Assembly: GCA_038087875.1 (NCBI GenBank)
Contig: CM075992.1
Coordinates: 5,024,001 to 5,088,000 of the forward strand
From: Malacoraja senta
Lineage: Eukaryota
Length of the DNA: 64,000 bases
Reading direction: 5' to 3'
Program-made: the position numbers and the translations under genes
The notes under the pieces: generated by a model
Database searches by the model: none
What the model saw: the letters and a program-made list of their open reading frames with translations, nothing else
What the model was told of the DNA's origin: nothing
Shown here: piece after piece, positions 1-11,773 of the stretch
How positions within the stretch are numbered: position 1 is the first letter of the stretch
Layout of the letters: each line of letters begins with the position of its first letter

Positions 1-77
1 GTTACCCATCTTTTTTACAATCATTCCATAATTGGGTGACACAGATTCATCTGTGACTAATGCACCCAACTTCTCCG

Positions 78-490
78 TGGATTGTCACCTTGTCCGTGGT
101 GGAGAAGCTTGTGTGGACCTGAGATCCTGAGAGCGATGCCGTCTGGAGCTACGCCCCTGGTAGGGCCACCCATGGCGGTAAGGTCGAGGGGGAGGTCTCT
201 GACAAAGAGCAATTCAACCAAGACCTCAACGGTGGAACAGGCGGAGGACGATGGCTGACTTTAGTGGAACGTCACAAAGGCGGATGAAAGCTGCAGCAGA
301 AAAGGGTCTCCGGTCGTCTTGGACTCCATGCCACTGGATCCTGACCCAGATCTGTCAAGGACCGTGGGGTGGCTGTGTGTGCACCAGTCTCCCCATGTTA
401 AACAAAGTCACGCACAGGCGTCCTCCATATAGGGAATAGCAGCCTGGAGACACCTATGGTCAGCCATGACCGAGGGGGGCCTAAGAAGAA
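78..490 (+). mobile_element. Non-autonomous RTE-derived retroposon (RTE 5'UTR-like head, (AAG)n tail)
   Basis: Head CACCTTGTCCGTGGTGGAGAAGCTTG...CCCCTGGTAGGGCCACCCATGGC resembles Expander/BovB-type RTE 5' ends; body 290-428 nearly identical to 22361-22499; ends in AAGAAGAA. Confidence 0.6.
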
Positions 491-1264
491 TACATCTTTG
501 AATCATTCCCCTTTTCCCTGTGTTGGCAAAACCTCTGGACTTATGGAAGTTCACTTGTGTGCCTCACCCAACAATGACTGCTGGTGGTGATTTTACAGGG
601 CACAGGCAAAAAATAAATAAAAACAAACAACTGCAGATACTGGTTGGCAAAAAAGGACATAAGAGTACTGGAGTAAGTCAGCAGGATCTCTGGAGAACAT
701 GGTGGAGATGAGGGATGGGTTGGGCTCCTTCTTCAGACTGAATGTGGAGGGGGAGGCACAAAAAAATATATAGGGAAAAATGGCAATGGTCTGGAATCAA
801 AACCTCCATGAAGATGCTGTTTGAAATCTAGGAATTTAAAAATAATTTGTTGTGTGTGGCAGCGGCTGATGTATTTAGAAGTGCCTGGGTGAGCAAAGGC
901 AGTCCAAGTTGTGGACCAAAACTCAAAGTGCTGGAGGAACGCAGCGGATCAGGCGGCATCTGTGGAGGGATTTTATTTCATTTGGGTTGGAACCACTCTT
1001 CAGACTGAGGGGAGAAGACTGGAGGTGAGGGGGTGGACAAAGGCTGACACGTGATAGTTACATTGTGTACAGTGGTAGAGAGGGGCGAATGTATAGAGTG
1101 CGGAATACGTTGCTTTGTCCTGGATGGCACCAAACATCTTGAGTGTTGTTGGACCTGACCCCATCCAGGCAACTGGAGACCATTTTTCCATTTATCATGC
1201 TGCTTGTAGATGGTGGAAATGTGTTGAGATGTCAGGCATTGGGGCGTTTTTCAGTATAATTTTT

Positions 1265-1538
1265 TTTAGAGATACAGCGAGGAAACAGGCCCTTCGGCCC
1301 ACCAAGTCCGTGCTGACCAGCAGCCCCTGTACACAAGCACACTAGGGACTATTTACAGTCTTCACCAAAGCCAATTAACCTACAAACCTGTGCATCTTTG
1401 AAGTGTGGGAGGAAACCGAAGCACCCGGAGAAAATCCTCGTGGTCACAGGGAGAATATATAAACTCCATACAGACAGAACCCGAGGTCAGATTCGAACCT
1501 GGGTCTCTATAAAGCAGCTACTCTACCGCTGCGCCACC
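1265..1538 (-). mobile_element. HE1-like tRNA-derived V-SINE
   Basis: Reverse complement has A/B-box head (TGGCGCAGCGG...GGTTCGAATC), V-domain and CR1-type tail GGGCCGAAGGGCCTGTTTCC. Confidence 0.85.
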
Positions 1539-1660
1539 GATTGGTTCTCATAGCCACAGTATTTATGTTCCATTGCATTTCTGGATAGAGGATGCTGATG
1601 AGAGACTCATCTACTGAACTCGCCAGTCTCTCGAGACCTTTCCTAGTCTTAAACTACTTA

Positions 1661-1829
1661 AGGGCCTGTCCCACTTACGCGACTTGCCGGCACCCGTCAT
1701 AGTCGCAGCAGGTTGCCGAAAATTTTCAAAATGCTGAAAATCCAGCGGCGACCAGAAAAAGGCACGACTCTTTGGGTAACTATTGACGACCATACAGGCG
1801 TCACATGTCGCGAAAGTTGAACAGGCCCT
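1661..1829. mobile_element. Harbinger/PIF-type MITE
   Basis: Left TIR AGGGCCTGTCCCACTT after TTA; degenerate right TIR AAGTTGAACAGGCCCT followed by TTG; 169 bp, non-coding. Confidence 0.65.
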
Positions 1830-1834
1830 TTGCA

Positions 1835-1968
1835 GTGTAGGAAAGAACTGCAGATGCTGGTTTAAATCGAAGATAGGCATAAAAATGCTGGAGTAACACA
1901 GCGGGGCAGGCAGCATCTCTGGAGAGAAGGAATGGGTGACGTTTCGGGTCGAGACCCTTCTTCAGACT
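1835..1968 (-). mobile_element. Penelope-like element terminal-repeat fragment with hammerhead-like core
   Basis: Minus strand reads CAGTCTGAAGAAGGGTCTCGACCCGAAACGTCACCCATTCC...CCAGCATCTGCAG; same unit recurs many times in the window. Confidence 0.7.
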
Positions 1969-1981
1969 GTGATCTACTTAC

Positions 1982-2110
1982 CATTGGTCACAGAAGCTGT
2001 GGCAAAGTGGTACATTCACGAGGTGATTGGGAAGATCTGGGCTCGCCCAGATTTTGGTATCCGGGGAGCAGTGGTAGAAACACGAGAGCTGTTTGAAGAA
2101 TTGCTCACAT
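1982..2110 (-). CDS. rtbdn: Retbindin/riboflavin-binding protein-like (folate receptor family), third coding exon
   Basis: Acceptor tttctttctctctctctag, donor TG|gtaagt; 129 nt, phase 2-2; translates (K)CEQFFKQLSCFYHCSPDTKIWASPDLPNHLVNVPLCHSFCDQ(W), matching the family pattern CExFxKxxxCFYxCSP...VPLCxSFCxxW. rtbdn versus an RBP paralogue is not fully resolved. Confidence 0.92.
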
Positions 2111-2244
2111 CTAGAGAGAGAGAAAGAAAATTCAGTTACTGTACATATCGCAGCAACTCACTGACCCTTCATCACAACATCAGTTTACCATGAGTCCCCT
2201 TGCTGTATTCAACCATGGAGTGTGCATTTACTGTAGATATCAAT

Positions 2245-2516
2245 GCTTTTGCGGTTGCAGCACCAAGACTGTGGAACAGCCTTCTCATCAATGCCCCCTC
2301 CATCGACTCCTTTAAGTCTAGACTTAAAACCTATTTCTACTCACAAGTGTTTCTTGATGTCCTCTGAGGGAGCGCTGTATGTATGTATTTATGTATGTAT
2401 TGTTAGATCTATGTACCACTGTATGTAGCATGTTAGTACCTGCACTGATGTAAAGCACTTTGGTCAACGAGAGTTGTTTTTAAATGTGCTATAGAAATAG
2501 AATTGACTTGACTTGA
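2245..2516 (+). mobile_element. L2-clade LINE 3' end
   Basis: Encodes AFAVAAPRLWNSL and APSIDSFKSRLKTYFY; L2 tail TGTAAAGCACTTTGGTCAAC...TAAATGTGCTATAGAAATA, then (TTGAC)n. Confidence 0.75.
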
Positions 2517-2848
2517 GTCAAATCAAGGCAATGCTCCAGTCACAAATTCCACCCTGACTAAGATGAGATAGGTTTATCCAGATAGAAAAATCCAACCTGA
2601 AGCTTTCTCACTGGCGCAGTAGAATAAGGGTGTTAGTTCTGGGCCAGCAATCTAGAGTCCTCGTTAAATGGTTGAAAAACATTGATTAACCTGATAGCGA
2701 ATTTAAATTCAGTTAACTAAATTCTGGAAGTGTGAATAAATGGGACATTATTTCCTCGCTTTTTACTCTATTAGATCCTGTGACCAACATAGATATTCCA
2801 ATTAAATTATTTCTTATGTTTGAGGGAATACAAACATTGCTGGTAGTT

Positions 2849-3101
2849 CATAAGTTCATAATTCATAAGTTATTGAAGCAGAATGAAGCCATTCAGCTCA
2901 TCAAGTCTACTCCGCCATGCAATCATGGCTGATCTATCTTTCCCTCTCAAGCCCATTCTCCTGCCTTCTTCCCATAACCCCCGACACCCTTACCAATCAA
3001 GAATCTGTCAATCTCCATCTTAAAAATATTCATTGACTTCGCCTCCACAGCCGTCTATGGCAATGAATTCCACAGATTCACCACCCTCTGACTGAAGAAA
3101 T
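2849..3101 (-). mobile_element. CR1 LINE 3' fragment
   Basis: Reverse complement has the RVVNLWNSLP-coding region, CR1 3'UTR and (TTATGAAC)-type tail. Confidence 0.8.
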
Positions 3102-3333
3102 TCCGATGCTTAACAATTTAAAACCAGTGAACCAGTGTTGCAAACTTCCAGAATTAAATTAAAATAAAATGCAAAGTCATTGCCTTACAGCTCAGGATTC
3201 AAATTCAATTCATATCAAATGGATGCGAGTTCTCAGTCAAACTAGCTACAAGATTTTGACTCTGACTTTGATTTGGGGCATTTTGAGTTTGGATCTGAAT
3301 GTAGTTACAGAAATAGGACCCTTTTTTTTTTGC

Positions 3334-3890
3334 AACATAGAAACATAGAAAATAGGTGCAGGAGTAGGCCATTCAGCCCTTCGAGCCTGCACCGATTCAA
3401 TATGATCATGGCTGATCATCCAACTCAGTGTCCTGTACCTGCCTTCTCTCCATACCCCCTGATCCCTTTAGCCACAAGGGCCACATCTAACTCCCTCTTA
3501 AATATAGGCAATGAACTGGCCTCAACTACCTTCTGTGGCAGAGAATTCCAGAGATTCACCACTCTCTGTGTGATTTCTCATCTCGGTCTTAAAAGATTTC
3601 CCACTTATCCTTAAACTGTGACCCCTTGTTCTGGACTTCCCCAACATCGGGAACAATCTTCCTGCATCTAGCCTGTCCAACCCCTTAAGAATTTTGTAAG
3701 TTTCTATAAGATCCCCCCTCAATCTTCTAAATTCTAGCGTGTACAAGCCGAGTCTATCCAATCTTTCTTCATATGAAAGTCCTGACATCCCAGGTATCAG
3801 TCTGGTGAACCTTCTCTGTACTCCCTCTATGGCAAGAATGTCTTTCCTCAGATTTGGAGACCAAAACTGTACGCAATACTCCAGGTGTGG
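3334..3890 (-). mobile_element. CR1 LINE, 5'-truncated (young subfamily)
   Basis: ORF2 C-terminus [30 protein letters not shown]; (CTATGTTT)n tail; highly similar to 52730-53304. Confidence 0.9.
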
Positions 3891-3999
3891 AAACAGGGTC
3901 CACTAATTGACAGTCTTGTGTGGAAATGCAAAAAATGGTAAAAAATAAATAAAAGTCACACAGAGTATGGCAGTTGTTGATTTGTGAGCCTAAAGATCT

Positions 4000-4700
4000 A
4001 GGAGTGCAGGTAAATGGTTCCTTGAGAACCTGGCGTCACAAGTAGATAGGGTGGTCAAAAAGGCTTTTGGCACATTGGCCTTCATCAGTGAGAGTATCGA
4101 GTTGAGAAGTTGGGAGGTTATATTACGGTCATACGAGACATTGGTGAGGCTACATTAAGAGTGTTGTGTTCAGTTCTGGTCACCATGTTATGGGATAGAT
4201 ATTGTCAAGCTGGAAAGGGTGCAGAGAAGATTCACGAGGATGTGGCCAGGACTCGAGGGCCTGAGCTATAGGGAGAGGTTGAGCAGGCTTGGACTTTATT
4301 CCTTGGCGTGTAGGAGGACGAAGGGTGATTTTATAGACATGTACAAAATCATGAGAGGAATAGATCAGGCAGACGCACAAAAGCCTCTTGCCTAGAGTGG
4401 GAGAATTGAGAACCAGGGGACATAGTTTTAAGGTGAGAGGGGGGAAAGATTTAATAGGAACCTTTTAATAGGTAGCTTTTGTTTTACACAAAGGGTGGTG
4501 GGTGTATGGCACGAGCTGCCAGAGAAGGTAGTTGAGGCAGGGACTATCGCAACGTTTAAGAAACATTTCAACAGGTGCATGGATAGGATAGGTTTAGAGG
4601 TATATGGGCCAAAAGCAGGCAGGTGGGACTAGTGTAGATGGGTCTGTGTGGGCAAGGTGGGCCGAGCGCCCTGATTCCATGCTGTATGATTATATGATTC
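4000..4700 (+). mobile_element. CR1 LINE 3' fragment (HER1-like tail shared with the SINE)
   Basis: Degenerate LERVQRRFTRM...LSYRERLSRLGLYSL coding; 3' end GGGCAAGGTGGGCCGAG...CCATGCTGTATGA. Confidence 0.8.
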
Positions 4701-4903
4701 TGAGATGAAAATGCTCTAAACCTAATCCCACTGAGGTAGATTTGGTTATACTTCATACTGACAAGTAATGTGCATTAGAATGGATTTATTCCAAGTACAG
4801 ATTCTTCTCTATAATCAATACAAAGAAAAATTCATTAAATCCACCTCAATCCATTCATAAGTTCCCATTAAAGCATTTTTTCCCCCTTTTTATGTGCACT
4901 CAC

Positions 4904-4991
4904 TTTGTACTTAAGATTCCACATCTGTTCCAGGGCGCAACGTCTGGCAAAGTACTCATCTTGTCATCTGTATCCGCTGAGCAGCAAGCAT
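4904..4991 (-). CDS. rtbdn: Retbindin/riboflavin-binding protein-like, second coding exon
   Basis: Acceptor tgtttgtttgaattatag, donor AA|gtgagt; 88 nt, phase 1-2; translates (N)ACCSADTDDKMSTLPDVAPWNRCGILST(K); splice phases join in frame with both neighbouring exons. Confidence 0.92.
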
Positions 4992-5078
4992 CTATAATTC
5001 AAACAAACAGCCCACTTTGCATTCAGTAGCTTAAAATTCATGAAGTAGCAATCTGGTGACAGAGTATCCAGGTTGGAT

Positions 5079-5385
5079 CTTTAGACTTTAGAGATACAGC
5101 GCGGAAACAGGCCCTCGGCCCACCGAGCCCACTCCGACCGGCGATCGCCCCGTTCACTAATGCTATCCTACACACTTGGGGCAATTTACAATTAACCTGC
5201 AAACCTGTACATGTTTGGAGTGTGGGAGGAAACCAGAGCGCCTGGAGAAAACCGACACGGTCACAGGGAGAGCGTACAAACTCCGCACAGACAGCACCCG
5301 TAGTCAGGATTGAACCCGGGTCCCTGGCGTGGTAAGCCATCAACTCTACCCGCTGCGCCACTGTGGCGTATGTCGGCTACATTAG
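5079..5385 (-). mobile_element. HE1-like V-SINE
   Basis: Full head, V-domain and tail ending TCTCTAAAGTCTAAAG on the minus strand. Confidence 0.85.
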
Positions 5386-5410
5386 TAAATGAAGTCACAC
5401 AGTAGGCGTT

Positions 5411-5702
5411 GGACAATAGGTGCAGGAGCAGCCCATTTGGCCCTTCGAGCCAGCACCGCCATTCATGGCTGATCATCCCCAATCAGTACCCCGTTCCTGC
5501 CTTCTCCCCATATCCCCTGACTCCACTATCTTTAAGAGCCCTATCTAGCTCTCTCTTGAAAGCATCCAGAGAACCTGCCTCCACTGCCCTCTGAGGCAGA
5601 GAATTCCACAGACTCACCACGCTCTGTGAGAAAAAGTGTTTCCTTGTCTCCGTTCTAAATGGCCTACTCCTTATTCTTAAACTGTGGCCCCTGGTTCTGG
5701 AC
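5411..5702 (-). mobile_element. CR1 LINE 3' fragment, (CTATTGT)n-tail subfamily
   Basis: TRGHSLRIRSRPFRTETRKHFFSQSVVSLWNSLPQ; same subfamily at 38408-38634 and 58697-58873. Confidence 0.85.
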
Positions 5703-6056
5703 CTTTCAAGGTTTAATACATTCTTCCACCTAAATCTCCAGCGCCCAAACAAAATAGAAAGCGCAAACTTGGGACAAATAGTATCTTGGAACATAGGAAT
5801 TATGTTCACCACACAAAGTTCTGGAGTAACTTTCAGTTGCCTAGTTGCCTATTTCCTTCGCTCCATAGATGCTGCTGCACCCGCTGAGTTTCTCCAGCAT
5901 TTTTGTGTACCTTCGATTTTCCAGCATCTGCAGTTCCTTCTTAAACACCTGGAGTAACTTATTGGGTCAGGTAGCATCTCTGGAGGACATGGATAGGCGA
6001 CATCTCGGGTCGGGACCCTTCTTCAGACTGATTATAGGAAGCTGGAAGCTTTCTCT

Positions 6057-6442
6057 TTAGTTTAGTTTAGTTTAGAAACACAGCTAGAAACAGGCCCTTC
6101 GGCCCATCGTGTTCATGCCGACCAGCGATCCCCGCATATTAACAATCTCCGACACACACTAGGGACAATTTTTACATTTACCAAGCCAATTTACCGACAA
6201 ACCTGTACGCCCTTGGCGTGTGGGAGGAAACCTAAGATCTTGGAGAAAACCCACGCAGGTCACGGGGAGTCACAGCGGCGGAGACCCGGGTTTGATCCCG
6301 ACTGCGGGTGCCGTCTGTACGGTGTTTGTACAGACAGCACTACAAACACCATACAGACAGCACCCGTAGTCGGGATCAAACAATGGTCTCCGGTACTGCA
6401 AGCGCTTAAAGCAGCAACTCTACCGATGCGCCACCGTGCCGC
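6057..6442 (-). mobile_element. HE1-like V-SINE with internal fold-back insertion
   Basis: (TAAAC)n tail at 6057-6073, head at about 6442; inverted copy of its own sequence at 6279-6330. Confidence 0.85.
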
Positions 6443-6634
6443 CGTTTCTCCTCCTTACTACAATCTTTCCAGCATTCCCTCCCCTACAGCAATCTATACA
6501 GCTCTCTCTCCCCGACTATGATCACTTGCCAGGCTTTGTTGCACCTCCAGCTTTCTCTCGCCTTCTCCATCAGTCTGACTAAAGGTCCCATCGTCTGTCT
6601 TTGTCATCCAGAGATACCGCCTGACCCGCTGAGT

Positions 6635-7080
6635 TAGTTTAGTTCCGTTTGTGGCCACGTGTACCGAGGCACAGTGAGAAGCTTTTGTTGCGTGCTAACC
6701 AGTCAGCGGAAAGACAATACATGAACACAATCATATATAGTCCATGTCTACAGATACACGATAAAGGGAATAATGTTTAGTGCAAGATAAAGGCAGTAAA
6801 GTCCGATCAAATATAGTCCGAGTGTCTCCAGTGAGGTAGATAGTAGTTCAGCACTGCTCTCTGGTTGTGGTAGGATGATTCAGTTGCCTGATAACAGCTG
6901 GGAAGAAACTGTCCCTGAATCTGGAGGTGTGCGTTTTCACACATCTGTACCTTTTGTCTGATGGGAGAGGGGAGAAGAGGGAGTGGCCAGGGTGCGACTG
7001 GTCCTTGATGATGCTGCTGGCCTTGCCGAGGCAGCTTGAAGTGTAGATGGAGTCAGTGGAAGGGAGTTTGGTTTGTGTCC
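6635..7080 (-). mobile_element. Rex1/Babar-type LINE 3' end
   Basis: Minus strand encodes IIKDQSHPGHSLFSPLPSDKRYRCVKTHTSRFRDSFFP; same family at 44780-45650 and 50488-53546. Confidence 0.75.
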
Positions 7081-8284
7081 ACGATTTCTAGTGATCTCTC
7101 ACAGTACCCACTACCCCTGGACATTTCTTCCAGCAACGATCCACTCAGATTCCCCCGGTGCCTAATCTGCTGTGAACTATCCTGCTTCAGTAGTTTCGTG
7201 TGCTGTGTCTTCTCTCATTATATTTAATTACATTAATCATTGGTTACAAATAACAAAACATCAGCATTATCTTCTGCGAATCCGTCTTGCTGTTGTTGCC
7301 AGCTGTATTTTCTGCTTGGCGCTGCTCAGATGAATTAAAAATATGTTTTTTTAATGTCATGGAATCTTTGAAAGTAGCGTGTAAAAATAATCCTTTACAA
7401 ATGTTTGCTTTGTGTTGGGCTTTGACCTGAATATTTTCAGCTTCTTCCTCCCACGCATATTGTCACAAGGTTCACAGCCCAAATTATCCCCAATTAGAGG
7501 GAGAAGCAACTATTTGGACCAAGTCAATGGCAGGGCAACAAGGCTACCAATACTTGCTTCCGATTCACATCAGAATTAAGATGGATAACGGTGTAAATGT
7601 GTAGGAAGGAACTGCAGACGCTGGTTTACAGCGAAGAGAGGCGCAAAATGCTGGAGTAACTCAGCGGGTCAGGCAGCATCTCTGGAGGAAAGGTACAGGT
7701 GATGTTTCGGGTCGAGGCCCTTCTTCAGACTGAGAAACAGAGGGGAGGAAAACTAGAGGTGTGAAAAAGTTGAGAAGGAATCACAGATGACCAAGGAAAG
7801 GTGGAGCCCACAATGGTTCATTGTTGGCTGTGGAAGAGGTGATAATGAAGGGGCATATGGATGCGAACAGTGGAGCTGGCTGGATGACTAGAGTGAGACA
7901 GGGGCAGAGAGAGAGGGAATGCAAGGGTTACTTGAAGTGAGAGAAATCAATATTCATACTGTGTAACATCAACAGTGTAAGCTCTTTCAGGGCACTTGAA
8001 ATCAAGAACCCTTTTGCTCACTTGATTACATAAAATGCATACACTTGTAGCATTAGAGTCACACACAGATACTGCACGGAAACAGGCCCTTCGGCCCACT
8101 GAATCTGTACCAACTATCAAGTTGGTACCATTTTTATAAACCTACCTAAATCTATTTTATTCCACATCATCAATTCTCCCAGGATTTTACCACTCATCTC
8201 CATACCAGTAACAATTTACTGCGGCCAATTACACTGCCTTGTGTTGTGGGAAACTGGAAGATTCAGGCTAAACCCACATGATGT

Positions 8285-8510
8285 AGAAACAAAGAACTGC
8301 AGATGCTGGTTAAAAGACAAAAAGGAGCAAAAATGCCGGAGTAGCTTAACAGGTCGGGCAGCATCTCTGGAAAACAGTCTGGAGAAGAGTCTTGACCCGA
8401 AACGTCACCTATTCCTTTTCTCCGGAGATGCTGCCTGTCCCGCTGAGATACTCCAAAACTTTTTGCGTCTGTCTTCGGTTTAAACCAGCACCTGCAGTTC
8501 CTTCCTGCAC
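8285..8510. mobile_element. Penelope-like inverted terminal-repeat pair
   Basis: AAGAACTGCAGATGCTGG...GGCAGCATCTCTGG followed by its reverse complement. Confidence 0.65.
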
Positions 8511-8890
8511 GCTTTCCCCAAATGCCGCAAGCCTGCAGATTAAATCTGCTGTGACAGGCAGAGAGAGTCTGACAAGAGCCTAGGAGGAAATCAGCAGCTT
8601 GGATCTTCTTGCCCAGTGACCACACCACGTTGACCTGCCCACGGTGTTTACTTCTGCAACTTGCTGAATCCCTGCGACCAAGCTGCCCGCTCCCATACTG
8701 CTGGGGTTCAGATAACTCTTCGAAGCGACGAGTGCTTGGACTCAGAGAGAGGGATACAGCACAGAAGCCCACCCTGCAGCCCACCAAGTCTGTACCGACC
8801 ATTTGCACTAATCCTCCACTAACCTTTAAGTTACAGGGAGTGTTTGGATAGACTGGAACATTTTTCTTTGGAGCATAAGAGACTGAGAGG

Positions 8891-9215
8891 TTCACAAGCT
8901 CACATGTTATAGGAGCAGACTTAGGCCATTCGGCCCATTGAGTCTATTCCGCCATTCAATCATGGCTGATCGATCTCTCCCTCCTAATCCCATTCTCCTG
9001 CCTTCTCCTCACATCCCTTGTCACCTGTTCTATTCAAGAACTTGTTTATCTCTGCCTTAAAATATCCACTGACTTGGCCTCCACAGCCCTCTGTGGCTAT
9101 GTTTCCCAGATTAACTACCCTCCGACTAAAGAAGTTCCTCCTCACCTTTTTAAAAGAGCGCCCTTTAATTCTGAGGCTATGAACCCTGGTCCTAGACTCT
9201 CCCACCAGTGGAGAT
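8891..9215 (-). mobile_element. CR1 LINE 3' fragment
   Basis: PLVGESRTRVHSLRIKGRSFKKVRRNFFSRRVVNL plus CR1 3'UTR. Confidence 0.8.
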
Positions 9216-11773
9216 GACATTATTTAGGTGTACAAGATCAGGAGGGGCATGGATTAAATTAATGCTGTTCCCAGGTTAGTAGTTTCTAAAACTAAATCTC
9301 TAATGGCACATCTCTACCCCGAGAAGAGGTTAATGTCTTTTATGCCTATTTTGAACAGACAAACTGATGCAGGAATTTTTTTTCCCAGTGTTGGGTGAGT
9401 CCCGAACCAGGGGTCACAGTTTAAGAATAAGGGGTAGGCCATTTAGGACTGAGATGAGGAAAAGCATTTTCACCCAGAGAGTTGTGAATCTGTGGAATTC
9501 TCTGCCACAGAAGGCAGTGGAGGCCGATTCACTGGACGTTTTCAAGAGAGAGTTAGATATAGCTCTCCCCATATCCCATGATTCCACTAGCCCTAATAGC
9601 TACACCTAACTCACTCTTGAAAACAAATTGGGTGGTGATTTTGGGTAGTGTTCCCAATGTTCAGCTCTGGGGTGGTAGCTAAATGTGTTCTGATTGAGTG
9701 TGAGTAAAGCTTTGGCAGACTGAGATTCAGGTCAGGTTAGAGCGCTGGGACATTTCATTAGGAATCGGGCCTGTTGTCCGACGCTCCTTGCTGCTACAGT
9801 GAATGCAGTCAGTGTGATTCTGGCATCCATCGGGCAGCAACAGCAGCCGAAGCTCCCTTGGGAACGAATCTCTCTGCTCAGCCTCGCCAGCTCCAGCTCT
9901 CAAGGCTTTCATTCCGTTGGCCAGCAGCTCAGTGGAGGTCAATGGGAGTACAGGGCTGATGGACACGGTTTGGGTTGATGCCTGTGATTCTTGGCACGGG
10001 CTCGCTCGCTACCAGGGCCGTTCAACAGCAGAGACACCACAGGACAAACACACAAAACTGGCTGTTCATAGGTGTCAGAAGAGCTACATTGCCCCCCTGT
10101 CCAAACGTAGAGGGCAGCTGAATCCACTGCCAACTTGGGTATGGAGTGATGGCGAAGATGGAGATATGTACAAGTCTTTAGAGACACACCGTGACACTCA
10201 GGATGCCCTGGAAATCCCTGCATCAATGGGCTTCAATGGGTGGAGCAACTGGTACGGCCACTGCCTCACAGCGCCAGAGACCCAGGTTCGATTCTGACCT
10301 TGGGTGCTGTCTGTGTGTGTGTGTGTGGAGTTTGGACTTTCTCCCTATGACTGTGTGGGTTTCCTCCAGGTGCTCTGGTTTCCTCCCACATGGATAGGTG
10401 ATGATTCGGGTTGAGACCCTTCTTCAGATTGATTGTCAGGGAGGGGGGGAGGGGGGGAGAGAAGAGAGAAGAAAGCTGGAAAAGGGGAGATGCAGGAATA
10501 GGTCGGTACTGGCGTGGGAGGGGGTTTTAATAGGTAGCCACGTGGTTGTGATTTTCCGTCGTGCTAGCTTCTCCATCACCATTAAGATGCTACAAACCTT
10601 CTCTCATTTCCTATTTGAATATCACTAGCTTTTCAGAGAAACTAGTGCAAAGCCCACACACTAGGGGCAGCTGAATAGAGGCTGATTAACCTACAAGCCC
10701 ACATGTGCTTTGTGCCTAAACCCTGAAGAAGGGTCTCGACCCAAAACGTCACCTATTCAAAATGTTCTCCAGGGATGATGCCTGACCTGCTTCGTTACTC
10801 CAGCGCTTTGCGCGCTTTTCTGTGTGAACCAGCATCTGCAGTTCCTTGTTTCTCCATGTCTTTCATTGGGCCGACAGCCATCAGTTACTTGAGTTCCCAT
10901 CACCGTCAATAATAGATGGACAACATTGAAATACTTATTACGGAGCTGTGTAGGAAGGAACTGCAGATGCTGGTTTACACCGAAGATAGACACAAAATGT
11001 CTCAGGCTGGCCCACTGAGTTACTCCGGCATTTTGCGTCTGTTTTATGAAACTGTTCCAGTCGCTAGTTATTAGCCAGTTTAACCTTGTGAACAGCTTTT
11101 CATTTGCAGTTTCCCCCCCTCATCTGGCCTATGGATTTTTATGTCGTTGACGGCTCTAATCACACGCTTAAATATTTTGCTTGCTAATCCCTATTTAAAG
11201 GGATTGAAGCACTTCTCCTCAGAACAACAAATCCTTGTTTACGCAGCTACAGGATAATAAAAACCAGTCTCCTGAGGCTAGTGGATTTAATATTGACTGT
11301 ATTTTTGCATTCCTCTTGGTTTACTGCATTGAAATCAGTATATCTACTCTTTCAAGTATCTGACTGGTCCCATCAGCCTGCTTTATTCATATCCCCATAC
11401 TTACTTTCATTTACTGTATATAAATGCAAATGTGGCTGCCTCTTGTTGCTCCCTAGAACTGAGAACATCATTAAGAATAATCCACAGACATCTGGAGCTA
11501 CATACAGACTACATCAGCAAGTTGACATGGGCAAGTTGGACTGAAAGGCCTGTTTCCGTCCTGTTTGACTCCATTCCAGCACTAACAATGGGAAAGGAAA
11601 AGGATAGGAAAGGTTTAAAGAGATATGGGGCCACTCGCGGGGTTGGTAGGACCAGCGTAGATGGGATATCTGGATCGGCATGGGCAAGTTGGGCCGAAGG
11701 GCCTGTTTCCGGACGGTGTGACTCTATTACAGAAGTAAAGATGGGAAAGGAAAAGGACAAGAAAGGTTTAAAT

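Noticed and set aside
1..1981. Search for the next rtbdn-like exon (expected to start with G then F/Y-x-ACK)
   Set aside because: No matching acceptor or peptide found; the candidate near 50 would create an in-frame TGA. The remaining exons probably lie left of the window.
8263..8895. 210-aa minus-strand ORF
   Set aside because: Runs through SINE tail, unique DNA and a Penelope-like palindrome; no recognisable domain.
11401..11460. Strong minus-strand donor (gtaagtat) as a possible exon upstream of the NACC exon
   Set aside because: Translation lacks the HKxxPxPE and CxxY motifs; the exon at 16196-16347 fits exactly instead.
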